Assembly: GCA_013265495.1 (NCBI GenBank)
Contig: MU060767.1
Span: 8,803,400 to 8,867,399, forward strand
Reading direction: 5' to 3'
Length of the DNA stretch: 64,000 bases
Source of the DNA: Vicugna vicugna
Taxonomy: Eukaryota
Position numbers and translations under genes: made by a program. Below are positions 25,399 to 37,070 of the stretch, piece after piece. Positions within the stretch are counted from its first letter, which is position 1; every line of letters starts with the position of its first letter. The notes beneath the pieces were generated by a model. That model had not been told where the DNA came from, made no database searches, and saw only the letters and a list, made by a program, of their open reading frames with translations.

Positions 25399-28300
25399 AT
25401 AGTTAATCAAGCGCCCATAAATCATCTTTAATTATTTATTTCTTTTAATTTTCCTACCGATATTTCCACATTTCAAATTTATGAATGAGAAAAATGGAAA
25501 GTTTAGAGAAGTTAAGAATCTTGTCTACAGGTACATAGTGAGACAGAGTGGGAGTTATCTGAAACCAGGTGTTCTCACACCACACAGTGCTCCTTCAACG
25601 ACAGAAAAAGAAACTTAAGAATAAGAGAGTAATGAGAGGTGGAGGTTGGGTAAATTGGTAAGGTAAAAACAGATTTTAAAAATATTTTATACAACAAAAA
25701 TATTTTATATATAAAAAATAAATATTTCAATGATATATTTTTAGTTATGTTTTCTTATTAAAAAGAACTGCACTTTACTTTGTGTATGTCCTTGACTTGC
25801 TTAAGGCAAATAGTCTGATGATATTTAAAAATACATATCAACCAAAGTAGATAAATAGCAATGTTTTCTACAGTGCGCTTCAATAAATCTTATAAAGTCT
25901 AAATCTGCTCCTTCCTCAGAAAAAGGTGAAATTACAAGGAAACTTTCAGCCTTTAAGAGTGTGGCCTAAGTAATACCATTGCACGTAATTTGTATTAAAC
26001 CCATTGTCATTGCATTTATTCACTAGGTCAGGTTCAGGTTACCAATATAATAATATGTTTTAAAGTTGGAAATGATGTACTTCCTTGAAGACAGCTGGAG
26101 AGGTGTCACATGCAGGAGATGGGAAAATGCACCGAACTTACAGGTTTGGCGATTTTACAGTGCTTAGAGAGCAACACTGTTATACTGTTATTAGCTGTTG
26201 AAATTTCTAATTATACGATTTATTTCTTTGCAAAGCTATTGTCAACTTGGCTAACATCAATAGGAGTTATTAATCATGTGAACTTCATCATGTCTGCCAA
26301 GGTAGAAATAATTATTTGGATCCTCTTGGAAAGCGCACTTTTTTTTCTGCCTCAGAAATCGACATTTCTGTAAGTGAAGTGGCTTAACATCTTCACAGGC
26401 CTTCTTTTATTATACTGATATTTTAACTTTAAAGTTTTGCCTAAAAGGACAGAAAAATATGGAATTCGAGGAATATTGGCCAGAGACTTTATGTTTCAAC
26501 CACGAAGCTTGTATTTAGAAGTTTTTTCTCTTTTAGAAACTAGAGTTACATTAGAAACTAGGCTAGCAGAGATTTTGGAGGATTGTCCACTTTACTTCAA
26601 GGCCAATATTCCCTTTTAAAAATAGGGGTCAATATGCCTTTACTCTTAGTCCTTAAATATGGCTGCTTAGATATTCATGACAAACTATCTTCTCTGTTTG
26701 TTATATTTCTACCCTTTTTAGCCTGTCTTCAATGATTTTATGTTCAGATTTTGGGTGTGTGTGTGTGAGTGTATGAGTTAAGACTCTTAGCAGGTAGCCA
26801 TCCTGCAGGCCAAGGATGACAACTTACCCTATTTCTGTTTCTCTACTACAATACCAATCAAGCATGCAGTTCCTCTTAATTAATATGCTCCCTCCTTCCT
26901 CATGGATTCTTGAAGTCCTCAGACTTAACCTCACTTTGCATAGTCAGCAGCACACACTGTCACTGATCAGACTTGGTTTTTTTCCTGATTATGTTAACAC
27001 TTTCTGTGTTACTTCCCCAATTACCTCTCCTCCCAAGCTTATCGTAAATCCTTTTCTTCTGCATTTTTGGCTCTTCGTTGATCTTGGTTTGGTTTTGTTC
27101 TTTGCAGCTCTGATTTGTTCCTGATGCTCTACCCAGGATTTGTTTCCCCTGTTCCTTGTAGTTTGTTACTAGGACTCGGCTCCGGTTCCTCCTCCACACC
27201 TAGCCCACCACTTCAGTTCCATGGATGGTATTACAACTCAATTTGCATTAGTACCATATATGGCTCCCAGATACTGTTTGTTGGCAAGAGAAAAGAAAAT
27301 GCTTATTCATTAATAAAACGTATATTAAGCACATGTTTTTTGTCAGGCACCCATGCTTTAGGAGCCACAATTTCCCTACTTGTCTTTAATTGCAAATTCT
27401 CTATTCAGCACTCAAAACCTTGTGTCATCAAGTTCAGAAAAATGCCAACTTCCTAAAAACATGTCTTTTGATTTATGCATTTTAGCCTATGGTACATGAA
27501 ACGTGTATAAATGAATGTACCTGTTTCCTCTGAGTCTAAACTTGACACTAAAACTTGGCAATGTCTTATTTATGATCTCACCTGGTTTTGACACAAGCTT
27601 ATTATATGTTTAGTACAGTTATGGATGTACAGATTACAGGGCCTTATGAAAAATCAATTTACACCGATTGACTCTACAAAGTAGAAAATCCTCTTTTTCA
27701 CTACGTGAGTTATTCTGTAATGCATATGCATGTACAAAGACATCTAAAGTTGTTTTTTTTTTCCCCAACCCTACTTTTCAAGGCGCTCAACCGTTACATT
27801 CTGAGACAGCTAAGCTCCTGGTTTCTTGGGTCTACACAGGTATCATATTTGTAACCATTAATATGCAGACAGAGATGATTAAATGCAGGCATGATAGAAT
27901 GTGACACCCCATAATAAATGAGAATGAAAAAATGAATTTGTAACCATAAATCATGTATTAAAATTTATGTCACAGGCTTACATTGATGAAGACAATGTAG
28001 AAATAAGAAAATATGAGATAGACCTAGTTAAAAATTATCATGAAAGACACTTAAATTTTATAATTTTTTTTTCAACTCTTTATCTTAAGTAGAAAGTTTG
28101 ACTTCCTGCCCCTGAAGGTAGAATACTTGAACCCTCTGGTTTAGAATAAGATGTTGGACGGTTACCAGTCTCATTATAATGCAAATTTTTAACTTTAGCA
28201 TTTTAAATATGCTTGCCTTTATGCATCCAAGACAATGAGCCACTACCAGTTTCTCAGAAAAGGAGAAATAGAAAGTCTGTTTTAAAAATTATTGAAGTTT

Positions 28301-29411
28301 ATTCTCATCACATGCTTTAAAAGAATACAACTATATAATTGTATGCCCTGTTGTTTTACAATTCCATTTAACTTTTAAACATAAACTTTAAACTTTAAGA
28401 GTAGAACCTCCCAAATTCAATGATCTGAGCTTTGATTGGAAAAAATAAAGGCAAAACGGAAAATTTCCACGAATCCAAAATACAGCCCCTAAACCCCCAT
28501 TTAGGAAGATACAGCATCCTGGACATCATTGTGAAATATCAAGAGTTGTATTTCAGTAAACTATTCATAATGTGAATTTCAGGTGGATGTTGTTCCTTGC
28601 AGTGTATCCCCTAAATTGAAATCCTAAACATGATATTTATCCTCTGTGTGACTTTTGGAGTAACTTTCTTCAACCCTTTTCCTCATTTGAAAAAATTCAA
28701 GTTAAAAGTGTTTTTCTCAAAGCGTTGCTTGAGGATTAAGTAAGCCACACCTAAAGCTGCTATCTGGCTGGTTATAGATGCTCAAAACCAAACAAGCAAC
28801 TAAAAAATTATTGTTATTTGTCACAAAATGTCCAATCCTTACCATCCTCATTTAAATTTACTTTTGATGCTAATGATTTGAGATAGCATAAGTGCACACA
28901 CCCACCCCCACACACAGACGCACACCCCCCACATACATGTGTGTATATGTGTGTACATATATATTATTTTCTGGCATTATTTTTATTTTTATGTGGGAAG
29001 AAATTATATTGACTTAAAAGAGATGAAGAAAACTAAAAATAATTCAGAACCATGGACTCATGTTCTAGACTCGTGTAAAACTGTGGGTGAGCACACATGC
29101 CTGGGGAGGTTTGTAAATTAAAAAAGAAGAAGAAGAAGGCATCCTTGCTGTACTGTACTTCATGCTTTCAGAAACATGATGCTAAGGGTGACACTAGTTG
29201 AGCAAAACAACGTTATTTCAGCTACTCTGGAAGCTAGTTGACAATAAGTTGTTCCTTGAGGCAAGATTCTTCCCAGCACCGTTGTTCAGTACAGTATTTG
29301 TTCAAAATCAAGGAGTGATTTGTAAGATCTGTCCCTTCAGGAAGGAAAAAAAAAGGGGGGGATATGGTGCCATGTAGTCAGACTCTCAAACCAGCAGAAT
29401 GATGAACATAC

Positions 29412-29483
29412 TGCTGTTTTCCATTTTTCCTTTGAGCGAAAGACTCATTTTGTATCGAGTAAGTAATCCCCAGTGCGATCTCG
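29412..29483 (-). other. Candidate internal exon (72 nt) of an unidentified host transcript
   Basis: Minus strand: long pyrimidine tract tctttcggtctctctctcttgtctttcag|CGAGATCGC...AAAACAGCA|gtatgt. Length divisible by 3; several CpGs in a CpG-poor background; no repeat similarity seen; two of three frames open. Confidence 0.6.
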
Positions 29484-30325
29484 CTGAAAGACAAGAGAGA
29501 GAGACCGAAAGAAGAGTTAAGTTTTCCTAGGAAGCGCTCTGGAGTCTTAGTATTTATTACTCCTTCAGCACTTTGGATTCTCTCGAGTTTAATCAGAGAA
29601 CTTCCTTAGACGCCTGTGTCAAGTGCTGTGCTAGACAGGGAAGGGGCTGTGTCCAACAGTGTTTCCTGGGCCTCTGCTCTGTCCCGCACCCCACAGGCAC
29701 CTCGCTGATGTTGGCACCATTACTGTTCCTAAGTTACAGACGAGAAGCCAAGGGTCAGATACATAACGTCAGTGATTTCCCCCTGGTAAACTTGCTCCGA
29801 AAGTTCACGAATGTGTTTCAGGGACAGAGGGAAGCAGCTAGGGCTTATCTTAAGGACACAGGAACCAAATACCAAGGCACAGAAAAGGTTTGTCTGCAGG
29901 ATCTCTTTAAAAGAATGTTACTTAAGATGCCATGGCAGGTTTACGTTGTCCCAGGTGCTCCGGGAGAGGTAATACAGTGGAATGAGTAAGAGTTAGCAAG
30001 ACGCCCGTGTTCAAATCTCACTTCATTCATGTATCAGTTCTTTCAACTTGAGGAGGATGTTCAGTCTGCTGATACTTCGGTTTTACTGCATATAAAATTA
30101 GAAGGATGAGATAGTAATGTGTGTCTCCTAGGTGTGTGGTAAAGATTAGCTGAGTTAATGTATTCAGGGCAGTGCTTGGCTATTATAAGTTTTCCACAGC
30201 TGTTAACAGTCGGTAGTACTGTTAGTTGAGCTTCCCTGTCACAACTGCGTCACGCTTTTGGCTTATTCATGGTTTCCGCTCCCTTTCGGCTTTTGCTTAC
30301 TCCCTTCACCTCGTATGTCTCTCAG

Positions 30326-30382
30326 CTGCTGCGGACACAAAAACACCTCTCTGTATACCTCCCATTCAGACTCCTCAAGGAA
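30326..30382 (+). other. Candidate plus-strand micro-exon (57 nt), antisense to the minus-strand candidates
   Basis: Acceptor ctcccttcacctcgtatgtctctcag|CTGCTGC and donor AAGGAA|gtgagt; length divisible by 3; all frames open. Confidence 0.3.
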
Positions 30383-32479
30383 GTGAGTATGGCTGCAGTG
30401 GGCGGTCACTTTCCAGTATGACTACCCCTCCAGAGTAGACCACTTTACTTCTGTAAAGCCACGCTGGATGCACAGGTACCAGTCCCAGGTTAACCGGCCC
30501 CCACCCGCACCGTGTTGTCTTACGGAATAATATATGGCAAAATGTAGACTATTAAAGCCAGAAACGGATTTTTTTCTTTAATATATAGCTTGAGCTTTAA
30601 TACTTCTCCAGTATTCTCTGCCTCCATCTACCCTTGCCCTTTGGAGAACTCTGCAATTAATATTTCCCGAGGCACATCAAAAAGGAGCCAAAGAGACCTC
30701 TCATACTTCAAACCCAGGATTAAATGAAAAACTAGTAGTATAAGGAGGAAAACCTGTTAAACCAGCAAGCACTCCATTTCCAAAGCAGGTGGCGGGAGGC
30801 ATACTTGCAGATGAGTGACTGGCTGTATCCCACGTGGTTTTCACCTGGGCAGAGATGTAGTGATGCTGACTGTATGTATCAGGTGTGGTAACGCATTCTG
30901 CTTGCCGAGAGCACTCCAGATGCTTGTGATAGCCAAGCAAAGATGTGTCTAATTTCTCTTTACGAGCTGAGGAGGCATTTCCCAAATCTCCTTGCAAGCA
31001 TCATGGTTGTAGGGTCCCAATCTGGCCCATAAGTTAAATGCAACTCCTAGCCAAACCCCAGCTGCCTACCTCCTCACAGACGCCATGACCTTGTAGTTCT
31101 CAGTCTCACGGTCCTTTACCTGCAGCCTCCCGAGTCACTCTGAATTTCTCCTCAAAAATAATTGTACTTATGTCACACCTGCCATGTATATCTTTTTTCA
31201 CTCTCTAGTAACACTGATATTCTTTTTCTTTTTTCTGTTTATACTTGAATTGAATGACCACCAAGTGCATAAATTCGAAATAAAATTGATGACAATAGCC
31301 AGGGATAAAGTCATATGATTCAATTAAGAGCAATTTCAAACAGTAAATTTTTTCTTAAAATGACTTAAATAAAAAGTGATTTTTTTAATGATTTAACAAG
31401 AAGTTTGTCAGTAGATGGTTGCTGACAGTTGAGTGGTGTTTTGATGTGCGGGCTGGCAGTTCTGATTCTCTTGGTCTTCCCTTATGTGTGTACTTCGCAT
31501 AGTCACAGTACGACCACTGTAGCTGATGTTCCAGGCAAAGAACACTGAGGGGATGTTTCAGGGAAAGAAGACGGCCTTCCAGAAACCCTAGCTGACTTCT
31601 GTTTCCATCTCGTTGAACAGGACTATGTCCCATGGGCTCTTTCATATCTATGGGGGAAGCTGGGGAAGTTAGAACCTCTACTGGGACTTAGTGTATCATT
31701 TTCTTGAACCAAATAGGCTTCTGTTTCCAAGAAGGAAGATACTAATGGTGGGTGATTAGGCAACCAACGGTATCTATTATATCATGATGGTAAACTTTTT
31801 TGTAAGAAAAATTTGGATTTTGCACAAGTTTACTGCACGGTAAATGGTCACATATGCAGTAACAACGGAAAACATGGCAGAACTTCAGAGAAGGGTTTCA
31901 TTTGTGATCTGAGTCATACAGTGAAAGCTGTATTTTAAAATTTAGGCTTGCACAGATCTACACAGGTGAAACAATTGTATAAAAAATGTGTGTGTGTGTG
32001 TGTGTGTGTGCAGCAGTGCTCATAAATCGCTACAGGTTGCCTGGATCAATGTATTCGTGGGTATTCTGAGGTTCCCTTTAGACTCAGGGAAGAAGGGTAT
32101 TGTGATCTATTATTGAAGACAGCCATTGGTGAGGGAGTGATGAGGGGTAGATGGATGTATAATTAGGAGGTTTTACTTCTTATTTAACTGGGATTATTGG
32201 CAATGCACTGACCCAATACTTATGGTGATTTGACCATCCAAGTACCACCACAGAGAATACAGTGCAACACAATACAACATGGTACAGTGCAATACAGTTA
32301 TCTTGGTCTGGATTGATCTCCTTGGTTTTGAAAATACTGAACATTTTCTCTTCAGACACAACATACTCAAGAAAAGCTGCTTTTTTTCTCTTGATGGAGG
32401 ACCTGATAGAGAAGGAGCTGGCAACCTCAGCAGATAAACTTGCAAAGCGTAGCCCTGAAAATGGCTTGAGAGGACTTAC

Positions 32480-32577
32480 CCTGGCATCCGAAGGAGAGAA
32501 GAGAAAGAAGGAAGTAGTACCATAGCTTGAGTAATTGCAGTTTGCAAATGCTGCTGCTCAAAATTCCACTTTAAAAT
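32480..32577 (-). other. Candidate exon (98 nt)
   Basis: Acceptor ggttaccatcctttcag|ATTTTAAAG and consensus donor CCAGG|gtaagt. Confidence 0.28.
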
Positions 32578-32804
32578 CTGAAAGGATGGTAACCAAGTGC
32601 CTCTGTCTGTTCTGCTGATGTTGCAGTTCTCTGATGTTGTTTCCGCTGGATCTGTTCACTGGAGTGGTCACTGGGTCTGTCAGTATTGCTGGAACAAGTG
32701 CTCCTCGAAGGCAGTAACAGTGCCGAAACAGCCACAAAACCTGCCCTTTTATGCTGCTGTTGCCTTCAATTTGAGGAAATTAACATTTACTTAGCCCTTA
32801 CGGG

Positions 32805-33169
32805 GTCTTGGTCTATTTGGGCTGCTGTAACAGAATGCCATAGACTAGATGGCTTATAAGCAACATAGGTGTATTTCTCAGAGTGCTGGAGTCTGGGATG
32901 TTCAAGATCCAGGTGCCAGCAGACTCATTGTCTGGTGAGGGCCAGCATTCTGACTCATAGTTGGCTACCTTCTTGCTGTGTCCTCACACAGCAAAAGGAG
33001 TGGGGGCGCTCTCTGGGGTCTCTTTTATAGAGGCACTAATCCTATTCATGAAGGCTCCACCTTCATAACTTGAACACCCCCTGGAGGCTCAACTTCCTAA
33101 TGTCATCACATTGGAAATTACGTTTCATTGTATGAAATTTGGAGAGATACAAATATTTAGTCCATAACG
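32805..33169 (-). mobile_element. MLT1A-type MaLR LTR
   Basis: ggtctatttgggctgctgtaacagaatgccatagactagatggcttataa..gttcaagatccaggtgccagcagactc..aaatatttagtccataac. Confidence 0.88.
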
Positions 33170-33312
33170 CAGGATATACCAGGCTCCATGCTACACACTC
33201 TATATAAAGTCTCACAAGTATTATATACCCTCAGGTAGGGATTTCGATCCAGAACTCTGGAATCCAAAGGATGATCTCTTTCTACTTGACATGAGATTTC
33301 AAAACTACACTG

Positions 33313-33345
<33 letters not shown>

Positions 33346-34287
33346 TAATTTAACTATTTATAGCCAGACATGTTTTATCCTCTTCTGAAATTTGAATTCC
33401 TTGATGACAGAGAAGAGCTCTGTTCATGTTTTTAAGTCTCAAAATGCCTAACAACATGCTCAGTAAATGAACAGCCTCAATATGTAATTCAGTTCAAATG
33501 TGTTCCAATGTGTGATGTAAAAGTGTATGTTACGTGAGTATGTTCAGTTTGTAAAAGTTCATGGCATTATGTACTTATGGGCTGTGTATCTAAAGTATGT
33601 TTATTACACATCAGTAAATAATTTTAAAGTATTCACTTTCTGAAATCATTTGCATATTAACAATAAGAATATAAAACATCACACAAAAAGACCAATTTCA
33701 GGTCAAGAAACAAACTTCCTATCTGCAGTGACATGTGCAGAGAAAATGACATGAACTGTGGAGTTCTTAAAATAACAGGCTATGAAGCATAACCAGATCT
33801 GTAAAGTTTGGGGAAATTTGCATTCTATAAAAACTGTTGAAGTTGTTTTTACCATCAATATCTATGAATATCTTCAGTAAGATTGATATAAATGTGTCAA
33901 TTTAATTGTTTTGGATTTACATGCCACATAGTGCCTTGGAGAACTTGAAACCATTTACGCTGTTAATAATGCATCTCTGAGAATTCTAACTGTACTTAGC
34001 TTACACATTAAATCAGCAGATTTCAATTTTTTTGATCATGACCCACAATAAGAAAATATTTTATACCCAAACCCAACACACACACACACACACACACACA
34101 ACAAAAACAAGTGTTTTACAAAAAGAATAATTATTACTATGTTATATTCTTTTAATCTCATCTCTTCTGCTTGTTTCTTTTCTATTTTATTGGTTTCACT
34201 TCTTTTCTCTTTTCTCTTTATTTATTTTCTCCATTTTATAAAAATGCTTGTCCAAAACCACAGTATTCACGTTATGGCTCACAGAAT

Positions 34288-34525
34288 CAGGAGTTGGCAA
34301 ACATTTTTCTCTACAGGACCAGAGAGTAAATAATATAGCCTTTGTGAGACACACAAGTCTTCGTCATAATTACTTAATTTTGCTGCAGCTCTTCAGCTCT
34401 GCCATTGTCGCATGAAAGAAGCCATAAATAATACGTGAACAGCTGGACATGTTTGTATTGCAATAAATCTTTATTTACAAAAGTAGATTTTTGCTCCGAT
34501 ATGGCCCACAAGCACTAGTTTTCCC
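34288..34525. mobile_element. MER58A hAT-Charlie MITE
   Basis: caggagttggcaaacatttttct..cagagagtaaataatatagcc..cagctctgccattgtcgcatgaaagaagccata..caataaatctttatttacaaaa..tagttttccc. Confidence 0.85.
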
Positions 34526-34589
34526 ACTATGAGGTCATAGTGACAAAGGGGTCATAAGGCTCAATTTGAAAAATATTTCTTAAAAATTA

Positions 34590-36348
34590 ACTATTCTCAA
34601 AATTTTGGTCCCAGGTCCTCCTTACCCTCTTAAAATTATTGATACAAACAAATAGATTTTTATGTAGTATATATCCATCAATATTCATCATATGAGAAAT
34701 TAAAACCGAGAAGTTTAAATATATATTTATTTATTTATTCACTTGAAATAAATTTCATGTTAATGTAAGTGATATGTTTATGAAGAAACAATTGCTTCAC
34801 AAAATAAAAAAAATTACTGATAAAAGCAGTATGCTTTTACATCTCAACAAACCTCTTTAATATCTGAATTTAAACTGAACAGAGCTGAATTCTCATTTCT
34901 ATTTTTTGCATTCAATCTGGTGAATCACAGCACGTTATTCTGATTAAATTATATGAAGAGAACCAGACTCATACTGATACGTATCAAAAAAGGGAGGAAT
35001 ATTTTAACAGCCTTATTAGATAATTATGGATATTCTTTTTTGATACTATACTAAATTTCGTAAGTGGTAGCTTCTTAAATGTTAGTTGTAAGATAGAGTC
35101 TGAAAGCCATATTAACAAATTTGTGTTAATATCATCACTGACTTCTCCAGAAAAGTCTCTAAATATTAGGAAGCTTGTAAACTCGTGGTAGTAGATACAC
35201 ATTTTCCGAAGTATAATGTTTATTTGAAACTTCAGTTTTTTCCTCTGGTAATACATACTGTCAATTATTTTCCTTAAAGTGACAGGATCACTTCATTTTT
35301 GAGAAAAGATCTCCCCAAATACCCAAGTCTAAATGGCCATAATTTATTTATGTAAAAAATTTAACCTTACCTCCAAAGAGGTCTGACCTATGTCCTCAGG
35401 TTCTTGGAGGTGATCTGCAGGTCCATGGGATATCATGCCTTTATGAATGCTGTTGTTGATGCTGGGACCCTGGACCATGCCAGATAGTAACAATGTGATT
35501 TAGGGTCCAGGTTTGCAATTACATCGTATGAGCTTGACCTTCCTAGGGCTGGAGATTGAGTCTATCCACATGAGCAGCCAACCAAGTTTGTGTGACCAAG
35601 AAAGACTGGACACTAAGGCAAGGTTGAGTTTCCCTGATTGGAAATACTCCATGTATATTGCCACACATCGATGCCAGAAAGTAATGTTGTCCATGACCCC
35701 ACGGGGAGAAGATACTGGAAGCTTTGGGTATGAAATTTTCCTGGACTCTGCTGTTTGCCCTTCTTCCCTTGGCTGACTTTTAATCTGTATCCTTTAGCTC
35801 TAACAAGCCCTAACCATGAATAGAATATCTTTCAGTGAGTTCTTTGAGTCCTTTCAGCAAATTATTGAATTTGAGGGTGGTCTTGTGGATCTTTGAACTT
35901 GAAATTCGTCTCAGAAGCTGCGTGTTCTCTCTAACTTCACAACTGGTTCGTCATCCGTTCAAGGAAAAACGGTGTTCCACAGCCAAACAGCTAGTTCAGC
36001 TCGCAGACAGTTGCACAAGCCTTTTTCCTGGGGGCAGTCACCACACTTCAGGACGCAGGGGTGCTTTCTGTATCGCACAATCGCTGTCCTTAAGGGAAGC
36101 TGACTCTTTTAACCTGCAGGCGGATGGCAATGATGAATACACTGACAGCTGGTGTGTTTCATGTGACCTCCTTGTGTGTTCCTGTAGTGTCACCCACTCC
36201 TGCTTCTGCACCATCGGTGCAAGTGTCAATACGGTAGAAAGGGAGAATAACATCTTAATTTTAGTATGAATACAGTTATGAACTCACAGGCCCCCTAAAG
36301 TGGATGTCAGGGTCTCCCAAAGATCTGTGCACCTTATTTTGAAAGCTA
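34590..36348 (-). mobile_element. hAT Charlie1-type DNA transposon remnant, split by an LTR insertion
   Basis: Both Charlie1-like ends (ttctcaaaattttggtcccagg..ctcttaaaattattga; aataacatcttaattttagtatgaatacagttatgaactcacaggccccc). Decayed transposase in ORF 34984-35256 (SDSILQLTFKKLPLTKF, hAT dimerisation region). Confidence 0.85.
35351..35941 (+). mobile_element. MER21C-like ERVL solo LTR nested in Charlie1
   Basis: Starts tgtaaaaaatttaaccttacc..gaggtctgacctatgtcctcagg; internal ctggacactaaggcaaggttgagtttccctgattgg and gtgagttctttgagtcctttcagcaaattattgaatttgagggtggtcttg match the recalled MER21C consensus. Confidence 0.8.
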
Positions 36349-36449
36349 GTCCTGAAAAGAAATGCTATATATGTCATATTACATATATTCTATGAATTTT
36401 CTCCTTGATAGCCAGGATCTCACTCAGTTACAAGAGAGAAGCCTAACTA

Positions 36450-36890
36450 ATCAGAAGCACTTTCACTGATCTCCTGTTTCTGAAATGTTTCACTGTCGGC
36501 CTGGGCCTTTCGTCGTCTTTCATTTTCACGTCTTTCATTTCCTGAATTGCTCACCTACCTCAAGACTTTGCACCTCTGCTTGCAATGTTCTCTTACTTTT
36601 TACAACTCCGATTGTTCATTCCTCCGTGTATGACCTCGTTTGACACCCACTCATTCATCCTCTAACACACCGCACATGCCCATGTTCCTCTCTCTCTCCA
36701 TTCCTCTTTGTCCTTTAAATCGCTCCTTTAAATAGCTCCTCCTCAAAGAAGTTTATACGATCATCTTATTCCATTCTTCTTTTATATATTGCTGTGTTCC
36801 CCATTACAGCCTAGCATGCTGCCTGCTAGGTAGGGTGCATAAAATCCCATGAGCTGAGAAAAACTAATGATTGAATATAAAGAACCTGAT
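36450..36890 (+). mobile_element. L2 3' fragment
   Basis: gactttgcacctctgc..tgctgtgttccccattacagcctagcatgctgcctgc..aatgattgaat. Confidence 0.55.
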
Positions 36891-36987
36891 AAATTCAGTT
36901 GTCAGCTGTCATTTCACAGCTAGGTGAAGTGTTCTAAGATCCAGCATTCCTACCTTGATTTGAAGCTGTATTTCTTTACTTATTTAT

Positions 36988-37070
36988 GCATAGATAGAGA
37001 GATAGATACATACATACATAAAAGTGCATAAGTAGAGAGATGATAGATAAATGGATAGATAGATAGAAAG
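36988..37070. repeat. Degenerate (GATA)n/(CATA)n repeat
   Basis: catagatagagagatagatacatacatacata..gatagataaatggatagatagataga. Confidence 0.8.

Noticed and set aside
32392-32525. Protein-like plus-strand peptide MEDLIEKELATSADKLAKRSPENGLRG
   Set aside because: Not recognised, no supporting donor, and it overlaps a better minus-strand splice signal.
35835-36269. 144-aa plus-strand ORF
   Set aside because: Spans the MER21C/Charlie1 junction, antisense to the transposase relic.
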